DNA of 64,000 nucleotides from a virus (Duplodnaviria; Heunggongvirae; Uroviricota; Caudoviricetes): IMG/VR virus record IMGVR_UViG_2609459822_000013, positions 1 to 64,000 of that record; one strand, 5' to 3'. Shown piece by piece: positions 55,828 to 64,000 of this stretch (position 1 is its first letter; each line of letters starts with the position of its first letter). The notes under the pieces were generated by a model. It saw only the letters and a program-made list of their open reading frames with translations, ran no database searches and was not told where the DNA came from. The position numbers and the translations under genes were made by a program.

Positions 55828-55955
55828 TGAAATGTTGAATTGCCGGGTGCAAGAGTAAACATCTTCTTCGGCATTGCCGGATGTGTCGCTGACCGCGTCT
55901 TATCCGGCCTCCATAAGAGTAGCCCGATACGCTTACGCATCGGGCGCTATCCGGG

Positions 55956-56891
55956 TTATTTCACTTCAACCACATTCAGCCGTAACTCATCCAACTGATT
56001 TTCATCTTCTTCAGGCTGCCAACCTGCCGGTTGTAGAGGGATCTCTTCGCGATCAAACGCCAGATCACCCCCGTTAACCACTTCAGAACCGTGGGTAATG
56101 CCTTTGAAATCGAACAGGTTGGTATCGCACAGATGCGACGGCACCACATTCTGCATCGCGCTGAACATCGTCTCGATACGCCCCGGATAACGTTTATCCC
56201 AGTCACGCAACATGTCAGCAATCACCTGACGTTGCAGGTTAGGCTGTGAACCGCACAGGTTGCACGGAATAATCGGGAACGCTTTTGCATCGGCAAAGCG
56301 CTGAATATCTTTCTCGCGGCAGTAGGCCAGCGGGCGAATCACGATATGTTTGCCATCATCGCTCATCAGTTTCGGAGGCATACCTTTCATCTTGCCGCCG
56401 TAGAACATATTTAAGAACAACGTTTGCAGGATATCGTCACGATGGTGACCCAGCGCGATCTTCGTCGCTCCCAGTTCCGTTGCGGTACGATAAAGGATAC
56501 CGCGACGAAGACGAGAACACAGTGAGCAAGTGGTTTTGCCCTCCGGAATCTTCTCTTTCACGATACCGTAAGTGTTCTCTTCAACAATCTTGTACTCAAC
56601 GCCCAGCTTTTCAAGATACTCGGGCAGAACGTGTTCCGGGAAGCCCGGTTGCTTTTGATCGAGGTTAACAGCCACCAGCGAAAAATTGATTGGCGCGCTT
56701 TGCTGCAAATTGCGCAGAATTTCCAGCATGGTATAGCTGTCTTTACCCCCGGAGAGGCAAACCATGATGCGATCGCCTTCTTCAATCATATTGAAGTCAG
56801 CAATGGCTTCGCCCACGTTACGACGCAGACGTTTTTGTAATTTGTTCAGGTTGTATTGTTCTTTCTTTGTAATTTGTTGATTTTCTTTCAT
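55956..56891 (-). CDS. ttcA: tRNA 2-thiocytidine biosynthesis protein TtcA
   Basis: 311 aa; PP-loop SGGKDS; CxxC pairs. Confidence 0.85.
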   Translation of the reverse strand: MKENQQITKKEQYNLNKLQKRLRRNVGEAIADFNMIEEGDRIMVCLSGGKDSYTMLEILRNLQQSAPINFSLVAVNLDQKQPGFPEHVLPEYLEKLGVEYKIVEENTYGIVKEKIPEGKTTCSLCSRLRRGILYRTATELGATKIALGHHRDDILQTLFLNMFYGGKMKGMPPKLMSDDGKHIVIRPLAYCREKDIQRFADAKAFPIIPCNLCGSQPNLQRQVIADMLRDWDKRYPGRIETMFSAMQNVVPSHLCDTNLFDFKGITHGSEVVNGGDLAFDREEIPLQPAGWQPEEDENQLDELRLNVVEVK

Positions 56892-56942
56892 TATTTCAGT
56901 TCTCTGGTACTAAATGGGGCAAATTGGGGGCAAACTTTGCAA

Positions 56943-58178
56943 CTACGATAACCGCGCATTCAACATGGCTACCTGTTCGTCGTTCATGTCATCAATCCAC
57001 ATACCGTAAATTTCATACACCATCTGCGCAGTTTCATGCCCCATCTGGCTGGCTATAAACGCCGGGTTCGCTCCTGCCGTCAACAGCCAGCAGGCAAAAG
57101 TATGCCGCGTATGGTACGGATTACGGCGGCGAATACCAGCACGTTTTACTGCTGCATTCCATCTCGCACCCAAACTGCTTACCGAGTAATAAGGTTTCTG
57201 TTTTCCGTTACACACTCTGGGCATGAAAACAAAATGCAGTTTTTGCTTTTCGGTTCTGCCGTACTCCCGATGATAAAAAGTGATTTCGCTTTTGCGATGA
57301 TGCCCGGTCAGTTTGTATTGCTCCTTCAGTGCTTCAAGAGCAGGCTGCAGTAGTGTTACTGTCCGGATCCCGGCATTTGTTTTTGGGGGACCGAACATAT
57401 CAAGTATCGTCAGGTTTCTTCTGACATTCACTATTCCCTTTTCGAGATCCACATCCTCCCACGCCAGAGCTGCCAGTTCCCCGTGACGAAGTCCTGAGTA
57501 AACGGCAAATTTCCACAAGTTCTGGCTCTGTCCTTTTTCACTTTCCATTAATGCATTGAATTCTGTTTTAGATAACGGATCAGGCTTTATTCTGTTTCGC
57601 TGTAATTTTTTTACTCCTTCAAATGGTTTGGTTGATATAAATCCCGACTGATACGCAAAACGCAACAGCGAACAGAGCAGGGCGATATAGTTATCAACTG
57701 TGCGCACGGTTCTTCCTTTTTTGTTGGATCTTGGATTATCCAGGTAAAGCGTTTCTCCATGCAGCAGTTCATTCCGGTAGATTAAGATATCGCTATAACG
57801 AATATGTGATATCGGGGTACTTTCACAAATTATTATTCTGAGTGTTTTTAATTGTGATTTCGTTTTCTTCATTGTGTTTGTTGTTAACTCTGTCTCTTTA
57901 ATTTTTGTCCAGATATCACAAAGTTCTCCGAACGTTTTTATGACTCTCGTTGTCACCATTTTTGCCCCAGTGCTGGACTGGGGAAAACGTCTTAAATACT
58001 CAAATTCACCGGAGTTTATTTCATGAACTATCAGCGATCTTAAATTTCCGGCCTTTTTAATATTACTGTTTGTAATCTCCCAGCCTTTTAATGTTTCCCG
58101 ACATCGTTTTCCTCGAAACATGAACCAGATGCGAATGTATCTACCTCTAATCTCGACACCTGTTGGTAATTTAGACAT
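56943..58178 (-). CDS. intR: Rac prophage integrase IntR (tyrosine recombinase)
   Basis: 411 aa; C-terminal R...HxxR...Y catalytic pattern; adjacent to ttcA as in the Rac attachment region. Confidence 0.85.
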   Translation of the reverse strand: MSKLPTGVEIRGRYIRIWFMFRGKRCRETLKGWEITNSNIKKAGNLRSLIVHEINSGEFEYLRRFPQSSTGAKMVTTRVIKTFGELCDIWTKIKETELTTNTMKKTKSQLKTLRIIICESTPISHIRYSDILIYRNELLHGETLYLDNPRSNKKGRTVRTVDNYIALLCSLLRFAYQSGFISTKPFEGVKKLQRNRIKPDPLSKTEFNALMESEKGQSQNLWKFAVYSGLRHGELAALAWEDVDLEKGIVNVRRNLTILDMFGPPKTNAGIRTVTLLQPALEALKEQYKLTGHHRKSEITFYHREYGRTEKQKLHFVFMPRVCNGKQKPYYSVSSLGARWNAAVKRAGIRRRNPYHTRHTFACWLLTAGANPAFIASQMGHETAQMVYEIYGMWIDDMNDEQVAMLNARLS

Positions 58179-58179
58179 A

Positions 58180-58395
58180 TCATGAGTCTTTGATAAACTG
58201 ATTTATCTTTGGATAGTTGTACCAGATAATCCCTCGCTTACTGTCTGGCTTCCCTAAAGGAGATACTCGTTTGAAGTGGAAGCCTTCCACCCAACAGTTC
58301 TGGCGGTATGCTTCAATTTGTCTGGCCCCCAGACCAGTGCGAAGCATCAGGCCGTATTCAACCATCCACTCTTCATTAAAGATTACTTGTGCCAT
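58180..58395 (-). CDS. xisR: Rac excisionase XisR (YdaQ)
   Basis: 71 aa from internal ATG; directly upstream of intR. Confidence 0.65.
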   Translation of the reverse strand: MAQVIFNEEWMVEYGLMLRTGLGARQIEAYRQNCWVEGFHFKRVSPLGKPDSKRGIIWYNYPKINQFIKDS

Positions 58396-58494
58396 CGCAT
58401 CACCTCTGGCAGGCGCCAATGTTAGACTGAAATTGACGCCCGATGTTGATTATTAATAATCAGCTATGAAGTTTTAATTTGAATACAATGCAAT

Positions 58495-58683
58495 TCACGA
58501 GGACTGAAGTCTCTCGCAATTAAAATTTATCAGTTTTACTTTCTGCTCTCTGGAAACGGCTGCTTCTTTTTTACCTGAGAGCATTTTTTCGCATTCTGAT
58601 TTCGTTAGTTTAGATTTTGAATATCTTGTCCAGTTAGTAGGAGTGCCACCTTCCTTTTCAATAGTGGCGGTAATTTTATACAT
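58495..58683 (-). CDS. Rac small protein (YdaC-like position)
   Basis: 62 aa from ATG with GGAGGTG RBS. Confidence 0.4.
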   Translation of the reverse strand: MYKITATIEKEGGTPTNWTRYSKSKLTKSECEKMLSGKKEAAVSREQKVKLINFNCERLQSS

Positions 58684-58870
58684 GAACACCTCCATTATTA
58701 TTTCCAGTGGTTCGTTTATTCCATCTTTCGAGTGCTTCTTTTTCACTTCCACCATAACCGGTTCGGGATTCGCATCCGTTACACTTCGCTCGGTAATATC
58801 CTGAAATGGCTTTCACCGTTACTGATGGACAACCACAAAATGGACATGGTTTAACATTGTCATATCTCAT
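58676..58870 (-). CDS. ralR: RalR (Lar) restriction-alleviation protein / type I toxin
   Basis: 64 aa MRYDNVKPCPFCGCPSVTVKAISGYYRAKCNGCESRTGYGG...; position upstream of recT. Confidence 0.7.
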   Translation of the reverse strand: MRYDNVKPCPFCGCPSVTVKAISGYYRAKCNGCESRTGYGGSEKEALERWNKRTTGNNNGGVHV

Positions 58871-58926
58871 AATTTTTCTCATAAAAAATATTTCAAGTTG
58901 GCGGTGCATTACACCGCCAGACTGAA

Positions 58927-59736
58927 TTATTCCTCTGAATTATCGATTACACTGTATTCCCCGGTTAATACAGAGGAATCTGCAGGATCGATTGTCAGTG
59001 GTTCCTTTTCATCCATTGATACTGCACGCTGGATCTCAATTGATACGGGCAGATATTTGAACAGGCGACGAATAGCTGTTTTCTTTGCCATTTCTTCCCA
59101 GTGAGTTACCCACGGCCCGTTATTACCAGCTTTACTCTGGCTGCGCACCAGCTCAATCTGTCTGCGCGTCATAACTTCAAACTGAGTACCTCCGTCTTTC
59201 AGTCTTGCGACAGCATAGACGTGGGTAACCGGGGCATCTTCGTTTTCTCCTGGGCGGTGTATTAACTTTTCATCAAGGCCAAATTCGAAATTAAATTCGT
59301 CACCTTCACGGACAACACGGGCTGACAGGCTGGCGATTTGACCTGAACGGCGAGCCAGATCAATCATGCCGCGATAGCCAATGATTAGCTGAACGTTTTT
59401 TTTACCGCTCTTTTCGTTTTTATTACCAAAAGGCAGTAAATATGCATGACCGAGGGCGCTACCTGGCTCAAGTCCGAGCTGTGAACACTGTACGATTGCA
59501 CTGACAAAACTCATAGTGTCACAGTTTCCTAACGCCGGAACTTTACGAATTTCTGTGGTGGCGATACGGATCATACGTTCAGCCGTCATATGGCGTGGAA
59601 GAGCTGCTGCCAGTTGCTCTTTCATTGATGGCTGGTTAATAAAACTAATCACGTCGTTATTTTTAATTGCTGCTGGTGCACGGTTTTCCTGAGTTTTTTG
59701 CAGATCGGCTTTTGCGATTGGTGGTTGCTTAGTCAT
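58927..59736 (-). CDS. recT: RecT single-strand annealing protein
   Basis: 269 aa from [12 protein letters not shown]; Rac RecT. Confidence 0.85.
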   Translation of the reverse strand: MTKQPPIAKADLQKTQENRAPAAIKNNDVISFINQPSMKEQLAAALPRHMTAERMIRIATTEIRKVPALGNCDTMSFVSAIVQCSQLGLEPGSALGHAYLLPFGNKNEKSGKKNVQLIIGYRGMIDLARRSGQIASLSARVVREGDEFNFEFGLDEKLIHRPGENEDAPVTHVYAVARLKDGGTQFEVMTRRQIELVRSQSKAGNNGPWVTHWEEMAKKTAIRRLFKYLPVSIEIQRAVSMDEKEPLTIDPADSSVLTGEYSVIDNSEE

Positions 59737-62380
59737 TTGCATATTCCTTAGCCCAGCGGGGCAGTGATAACGTCTTAATAGCTGGCCATTCATCGGTATT
59801 GAGGCAGTCAGCCAGGGTTCGCAGATTGCGGTGATATTCCAGCTGACCTGCTAGTTTTGCTTCTTCGCCCATCATGAAAATTTCAACCGGATAACGTCCG
59901 CATTCAATAGTTGTGCTGGCAACCAGAAAAACGAAAGTTGGCTGCACTCCAAACTGTGCTTCATAACCGTCACTGTAGAATGCATCCTGAACGTGATAGC
60001 GGTAGTCGTAATAAGCGGTTTTGAATCGTTGAATATCCGCCGTAGTTTTCACGTCCATGATCCAGTGAAATTCAGGGATAATTTTGTCCGGACGGCACCG
60101 ACACAAAATTCCTGTTTCAGGATCTTCCCAGTAAATTGATGATTCAGCGTGTCCGGCGCTTTCAACAAGCCATTGCCCCAGCGGCAAAGCCATAACGCTT
60201 TGATACATCAGTTCAATTTTCCGGCCTTCTTCCGCAGTGATAACCATTTTTCCTGTGCTTGCGCATTCCATCAGAAACGCTTTCTCTTCTTCTTTTCCGG
60301 CGTTTGTACGGCGGTTAAATTCAGGTGCTACGATAAAGCGGTTACTGAATTCTTCCGGTTCAAGTACCCGGCAGTGGAAAGCGGTTCCTAAATCGAGCGT
60401 TTTTGTCTTTGTGGTGTCCACGGGGGCATTTTTACGCCACAAATACAGTGCCGGAGTATCAGCAATGTCATCGAGCTGAGACTTACTGACACCGGGACCT
60501 GCGTGGTAATTCTCATTCGAAATTCCGTAATAAATACCTGGCTCTATGTCTTCTACGATTACGGGATCTGCGACTTCGCCAGTTTCATCACTGCAATCGC
60601 GATGCGGATCGCTGCCAGCATTCTCATTGTGCGGATGTTCAGCGCCTTCCATTTCCTCCGGATCATTTTCCTTAGCTTCAACCTGATTCTCTTCAGCGAA
60701 TTTTTCCTGGTTTGTTGCGTCCCCCACCCCCCCACCACGGCCAGGGCATTTACCCCCGCCAGTCTGGCCGCAGGCATTGAAGGCTATTTCCGGTTCCTGT
60801 TGCACTACTGGCTCAGGTTGTTTCATATCCGGGCTGGTTTTTTCCGTTTCTGGCTGGTTCTGGTACACAGAATCGCGAGTCTGGATCCCCTTAACCCATT
60901 TCGGATCGTTCGGGTCGCTAATTCCGTCAACAAATTCACCACGTGATGCAGCAAGCAATTTATCGGCATCGACAGGATTTTTTGATGGAATGTTTTTCCG
61001 AGCTTCATGGAGTTCTGCCCGCAGTTCCTGATATTTCGCATCAACAGAATTTACCTGTGACTGAGCATCCAGCGGCTGCGTGTCCTGATGATGTTTAGTT
61101 GCGTCCGGTTCCATTGTTTCAGCCTCTCCCTGTTCATCTGCCGTTGTTCCAGATGGTTGCAGTTTTTCTTCATCATCCTGTTTTCCTTCTTCTGTTACTC
61201 GCTGCGGCATCGGGGCAGAGGAGCGACCGCAGGCAATATCCACGATTTCCGGATCAGGGTTGGCATGATCGGTTTCAGTCAGTACTTTGTTCAGATATGC
61301 AGTGACGTGAGCGGGGATGACCTCGATCCCAATTGGTGCTTCTTTCACGGACGCAACCACGATGGCGCGGGAATAATCCAGCCCGCCAGGCATGGTGATG
61401 AATTTGTCGCGGAAAACAGAAAAGGGCGGTTTATTTTCAGCGATAATTTCCTCAATGCGTTTAGCGTGTGCCGGATGAAGGTTATAGATGTCCACGTCCA
61501 TTGAACGGGCCAGTACGCCAGTGGCTATATCGCGCGCCAGTGACGTCAGATCGTGGACGAAACCTTCGCCGCGATCTGTGAGGTTCCCGCCGCCAGCATT
61601 AGCACCGGAAGCCGTGCGAGTGATGCGTGAAACACGATTCCCTTTTCGCCATTCTTTTGTCAGAAGACCGCGATCAATGTGTTCGGTATCCAGCCAGGCT
61701 GAAATGAAATTCTTAAATTCATAGGGCTGATGTTTTTTAGTGATAGAGAAAACTGCCTTAATTGCATCAGTCAGGCGGAGCAGGGCGGCATTATCCAGAG
61801 TTGTCGGTTCTGCCATGCCGCGTATGGCCAACAGCAGATTCTGGACATAGCTGTTTTCCTGATCCATCTCAAGAGCAGTAATGTGTTCGCGTTGTTCTCG
61901 GGTGGCATGATGCAGGTATTTCCGATCCCCGGCCGCATACGTAAAAATGTGCAGAAGACGCTGTGTGAACCGCAAAGTGGCTACAGAGACTTCGCAATCC
62001 TGGCAATCCTCGTGGGCGTCTGCCTGCGCGTTTTCTTCCTGGCCTCCCGCCAGTTCGTTGGTTTCTTGAGCATTATCCTGGTGGTGAACGTCGTCTGGCG
62101 CTGCTCCCGGTTTTAGTTCCCATGTCATGGAGTCTTTGCTGAGTTGATAGCGTTCACTCCAGGTAAAATCGATCTCACCTTCAGGGGGAAGGTCATTAAC
62201 GACAGGAAAATTTGTGGCAACAGCTTTAAAATAGTTGCTCAGTTTTTTACCTGACTTAACGATCAGGTAGTCCAGAGTGGCACAGGTCGATTCAAAATCG
62301 TCGCTTGCCCACAGGACGACGTCAGGTTCACCGGATGATTTTTTCGCTTTCCGTAACAGGAAGAGTGGTTTTGTGCTCAT
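59729..62380 (-). CDS. recE: RecE exonuclease VIII
   Basis: 883 aa, overlaps recT start; acidic/Pro-rich central region, C-terminal nuclease domain. Confidence 0.8.
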   Translation of the reverse strand: MSTKPLFLLRKAKKSSGEPDVVLWASDDFESTCATLDYLIVKSGKKLSNYFKAVATNFPVVNDLPPEGEIDFTWSERYQLSKDSMTWELKPGAAPDDVHHQDNAQETNELAGGQEENAQADAHEDCQDCEVSVATLRFTQRLLHIFTYAAGDRKYLHHATREQREHITALEMDQENSYVQNLLLAIRGMAEPTTLDNAALLRLTDAIKAVFSITKKHQPYEFKNFISAWLDTEHIDRGLLTKEWRKGNRVSRITRTASGANAGGGNLTDRGEGFVHDLTSLARDIATGVLARSMDVDIYNLHPAHAKRIEEIIAENKPPFSVFRDKFITMPGGLDYSRAIVVASVKEAPIGIEVIPAHVTAYLNKVLTETDHANPDPEIVDIACGRSSAPMPQRVTEEGKQDDEEKLQPSGTTADEQGEAETMEPDATKHHQDTQPLDAQSQVNSVDAKYQELRAELHEARKNIPSKNPVDADKLLAASRGEFVDGISDPNDPKWVKGIQTRDSVYQNQPETEKTSPDMKQPEPVVQQEPEIAFNACGQTGGGKCPGRGGGVGDATNQEKFAEENQVEAKENDPEEMEGAEHPHNENAGSDPHRDCSDETGEVADPVIVEDIEPGIYYGISNENYHAGPGVSKSQLDDIADTPALYLWRKNAPVDTTKTKTLDLGTAFHCRVLEPEEFSNRFIVAPEFNRRTNAGKEEEKAFLMECASTGKMVITAEEGRKIELMYQSVMALPLGQWLVESAGHAESSIYWEDPETGILCRCRPDKIIPEFHWIMDVKTTADIQRFKTAYYDYRYHVQDAFYSDGYEAQFGVQPTFVFLVASTTIECGRYPVEIFMMGEEAKLAGQLEYHRNLRTLADCLNTDEWPAIKTLSLPRWAKEYAND

Positions 62381-62481
62381 TGTTTTTTAACCTCAACTCA
62401 GATTAAAATTCGTTTTGTTCAGTGAATGATCTTGCCGGATACACACTGTTCATAGCCTGCGCCATACGCAGGCTATTTCTT

Positions 62482-62757
62482 TCAGATTTCACCTTTTAAT
62501 TTCATTGCAATTAGAGTTGCCAGAAATTCGGCTTTTTTTTCTGCGGGCAGATTCTTTCCGGTATGCACCAGGCACATTTTTTTGACACCTTCGTGAAGTG
62601 TTTTAACGTTGCCTGATGGACCGTCGATATCAACCACAGTGAATGGGGTTTCTTTATTTTCTGTTTTAATCACGTAGCCAATACGCTTTCCTTCCAGATT
62701 AACCTCGTGAACAATGTCATCAGTAGTTACAACAGTGGCTTCATAACTGGTAATCAT
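62482..62757 (-). CDS. racC: RacC
   Basis: 91 aa from MITSYEATVV... Confidence 0.65.
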   Translation of the reverse strand: MITSYEATVVTTDDIVHEVNLEGKRIGYVIKTENKETPFTVVDIDGPSGNVKTLHEGVKKMCLVHTGKNLPAEKKAEFLATLIAMKLKGEI

Positions 62758-62831
62758 GTTTTTCTCCTTAATTAAGGTTGAGCGAATCCCTGCCATTGCT
62801 GGCATAAATTCAGTTTCGCATAGTCAGTTAA

Positions 62832-63002
62832 TTAAAGTTCGTGTGCCATCTGGTCTTTTTCGGCACAACTTTCACTACAATATTTTTTCATTTCCGTCGT
62901 TTGGATAACTCCACGCATGAAATGAAGTGGTCTTTTGATACTTTTGCTTTCTTCAATTTCTTTATTGCAAAGGTGGTAAGCACATTTTATTTTCTTAGTC
63001 AT
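62832..63002 (-). CDS. ydaE: YdaE small zinc-binding protein
   Basis: 56 aa [18 protein letters not shown]...; start overlaps kilR stop (TGATG). Confidence 0.55.
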   Translation of the reverse strand: MTKKIKCAYHLCNKEIEESKSIKRPLHFMRGVIQTTEMKKYCSESCAEKDQMAHEL

Positions 63003-63223
63003 CACCATGACTCCGCCTTTACAGGTAAACCATTACGACCGAGGAAGACTTTAATCATGCAGTCAGTAATGCATGTTTTTGTGGTCAGGTTACGAATATA
63101 AAGTTTTCGCTTTTTAATATTGTTTGCCGAGGCAATATATGTCCGGCCTTCATGAAGAACATAGTCACCAGGAGTCACACACTGACGTGGTATTTCATCA
63201 GTTCCGAAGTGATGTGCAATCAT
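63002..63223 (-). CDS. kilR: KilR cell-division inhibitor
   Basis: 73 aa from [14 protein letters not shown]... Confidence 0.65.
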   Translation of the reverse strand: MIAHHFGTDEIPRQCVTPGDYVLHEGRTYIASANNIKKRKLYIRNLTTKTCITDCMIKVFLGRNGLPVKAESW

Positions 63224-63643
63224 AATTATCTCCATTTTTACAAATGAACTTTGTTGATGCGGTGCCTGGTGCCTCCAGGTGACTGCAACCAGTTAACAAT
63301 TACAGTCGGCTTTCCCACCCAAACCAATAAGGACTAACATGACTTTTAACTGTGCCGCGTGCGCTTAGCCGCATTCACCGCATCACAAAATTCACTTTAA
63401 AAAGGGCGGGCATCAGTCGAACTTCAAGAAAAAACTGATGCCGCCAAGACTACACATAGCAGTGTTGTTATCCACAACCGGAGGCGCACTCCCACCATTT
63501 AAATTTAACAGACAAGACCGACTCTTTATGGATATCGGAAATGCGCCTTCGTGTTGTGCCCGGTTTTATTTCACCACCTCCGGGCTTTGGTGGTTTCTGC
63601 TATACCCCTACAGCGAGAATATTGAATTAATCCAAATAATGGA

Positions 63644-63796
63644 TTAGCAAGTATTTCTGGCAAGCCAGCGACGTGCGCCTGTTTCTGTTTTAAATGTTTT
63701 GCTTTTGGTATACGTCATAGCAGTGAACGTTCCATCTTGGTTAGGGAACACGCCGCACACCATGGATTCGTTATTGCCGAGGTCGATTTTTTGCAT
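63644..63796 (-). CDS. ydaF: YdaF (Rac small protein)
   Basis: 50 aa MQKIDLGNNESMVCGVFPNQDG... Confidence 0.5.
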   Translation of the reverse strand: MQKIDLGNNESMVCGVFPNQDGTFTAMTYTKSKTFKTETGARRWLARNTC

Positions 63797-63806
63797 TTTT
63801 CGCACC

Positions 63807-63941
63807 TCACATCTTGTTGTTGCGGATAGAGGCTTCTGCTTGCCAGAGATCCCAGTCGTTGCTACGTAAAGCCTGCACAGCCTGGCTGTAAGTGATACCG
63901 CAACAATCCATCAAATACTGAACTACTTCGTAATGCACCAT
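63807..63941 (-). CDS. ydaG: YdaG (Rac small protein)
   Basis: 44 aa MVHYEVVQYLMDCCGITYSQAVQALRSNDWDLWQAEASIRNNKM; GGGGAGAG RBS. Confidence 0.5.
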   Translation of the reverse strand: MVHYEVVQYLMDCCGITYSQAVQALRSNDWDLWQAEASIRNNKM

Positions 63942-64000
63942 CTTATCTCTCCCCTTAACGCCGGGTGGCGGAACTAACTGCTGCACTGCAAAATTTGAAT

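Noticed and set aside
58831-58845. Copy of the core ACAAAATGGA inside the ralR coding sequence of Rac
   Set aside because: Lacks the conserved flanks of the motif family and lies within a gene of a different prophage; a single 10-mer match is compatible with chance.
60149-62116. Multiple plus-strand ORFs across recE (60149-62116)
   Set aside because: recE is on the minus strand and well supported by gene order; the plus-strand ORFs are Phe/Leu/Arg-rich shadows.
63438-63647. Plus-strand 69 aa ORF between kilR and ydaF
   Set aside because: Could be a remnant of sieB, but the translation has no recognisable features and overlaps the ydaF stop region; left uncalled.

Overview
Enterobacterial (E. 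coli-like) chromosomal segment carrying two prophages separated by a short host island. (1) Positions 1 to ~52600: about 52 kb of a lambdoid prophage whose integrase presumably lies left of the window. It has a P22-like early region (CI-type repressor, P22 gp24-like N with a nutL-like site, Erf, SSB, DnaB-type helicase, NinB/NinG/RusA), a pinholin/SAR-endolysin/Rz-Rz1 lysis cassette, a terminase-portal-capsid module and a lambda-like siphovirus tail (tape measure, M, L, K, I, J, side tail fiber), interrupted by several reverse-strand morons. (2) 52993-56891: host genes zntB, fnrS sRNA, dbpA, ttcA. (3) 56943 to end: left arm of the Rac prophage (intR, xisR, ralR, recT, recE, racC, ydaE, kilR, ydaF, ydaG). 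All calls rest on reading the six-frame translations and the DNA by eye; no database search was run. The strongest unexplained signals are: a tandem array of nine 21-35 codon hydrophobic mini-ORFs between the lysis and terminase genes; a dispersed ~13-16 bp motif (GTTTACAAAATGGAAT family) in at least 11 intergenic copies, some paired with CRP-consensus-like palindromes; an AT-rich nuclease-like insertion in the replication operon; a putative C5-methyltransferase split at a G_AAA_AAG slippery run; and an early region that appears inverted relative to canonical lambda/P22 order.
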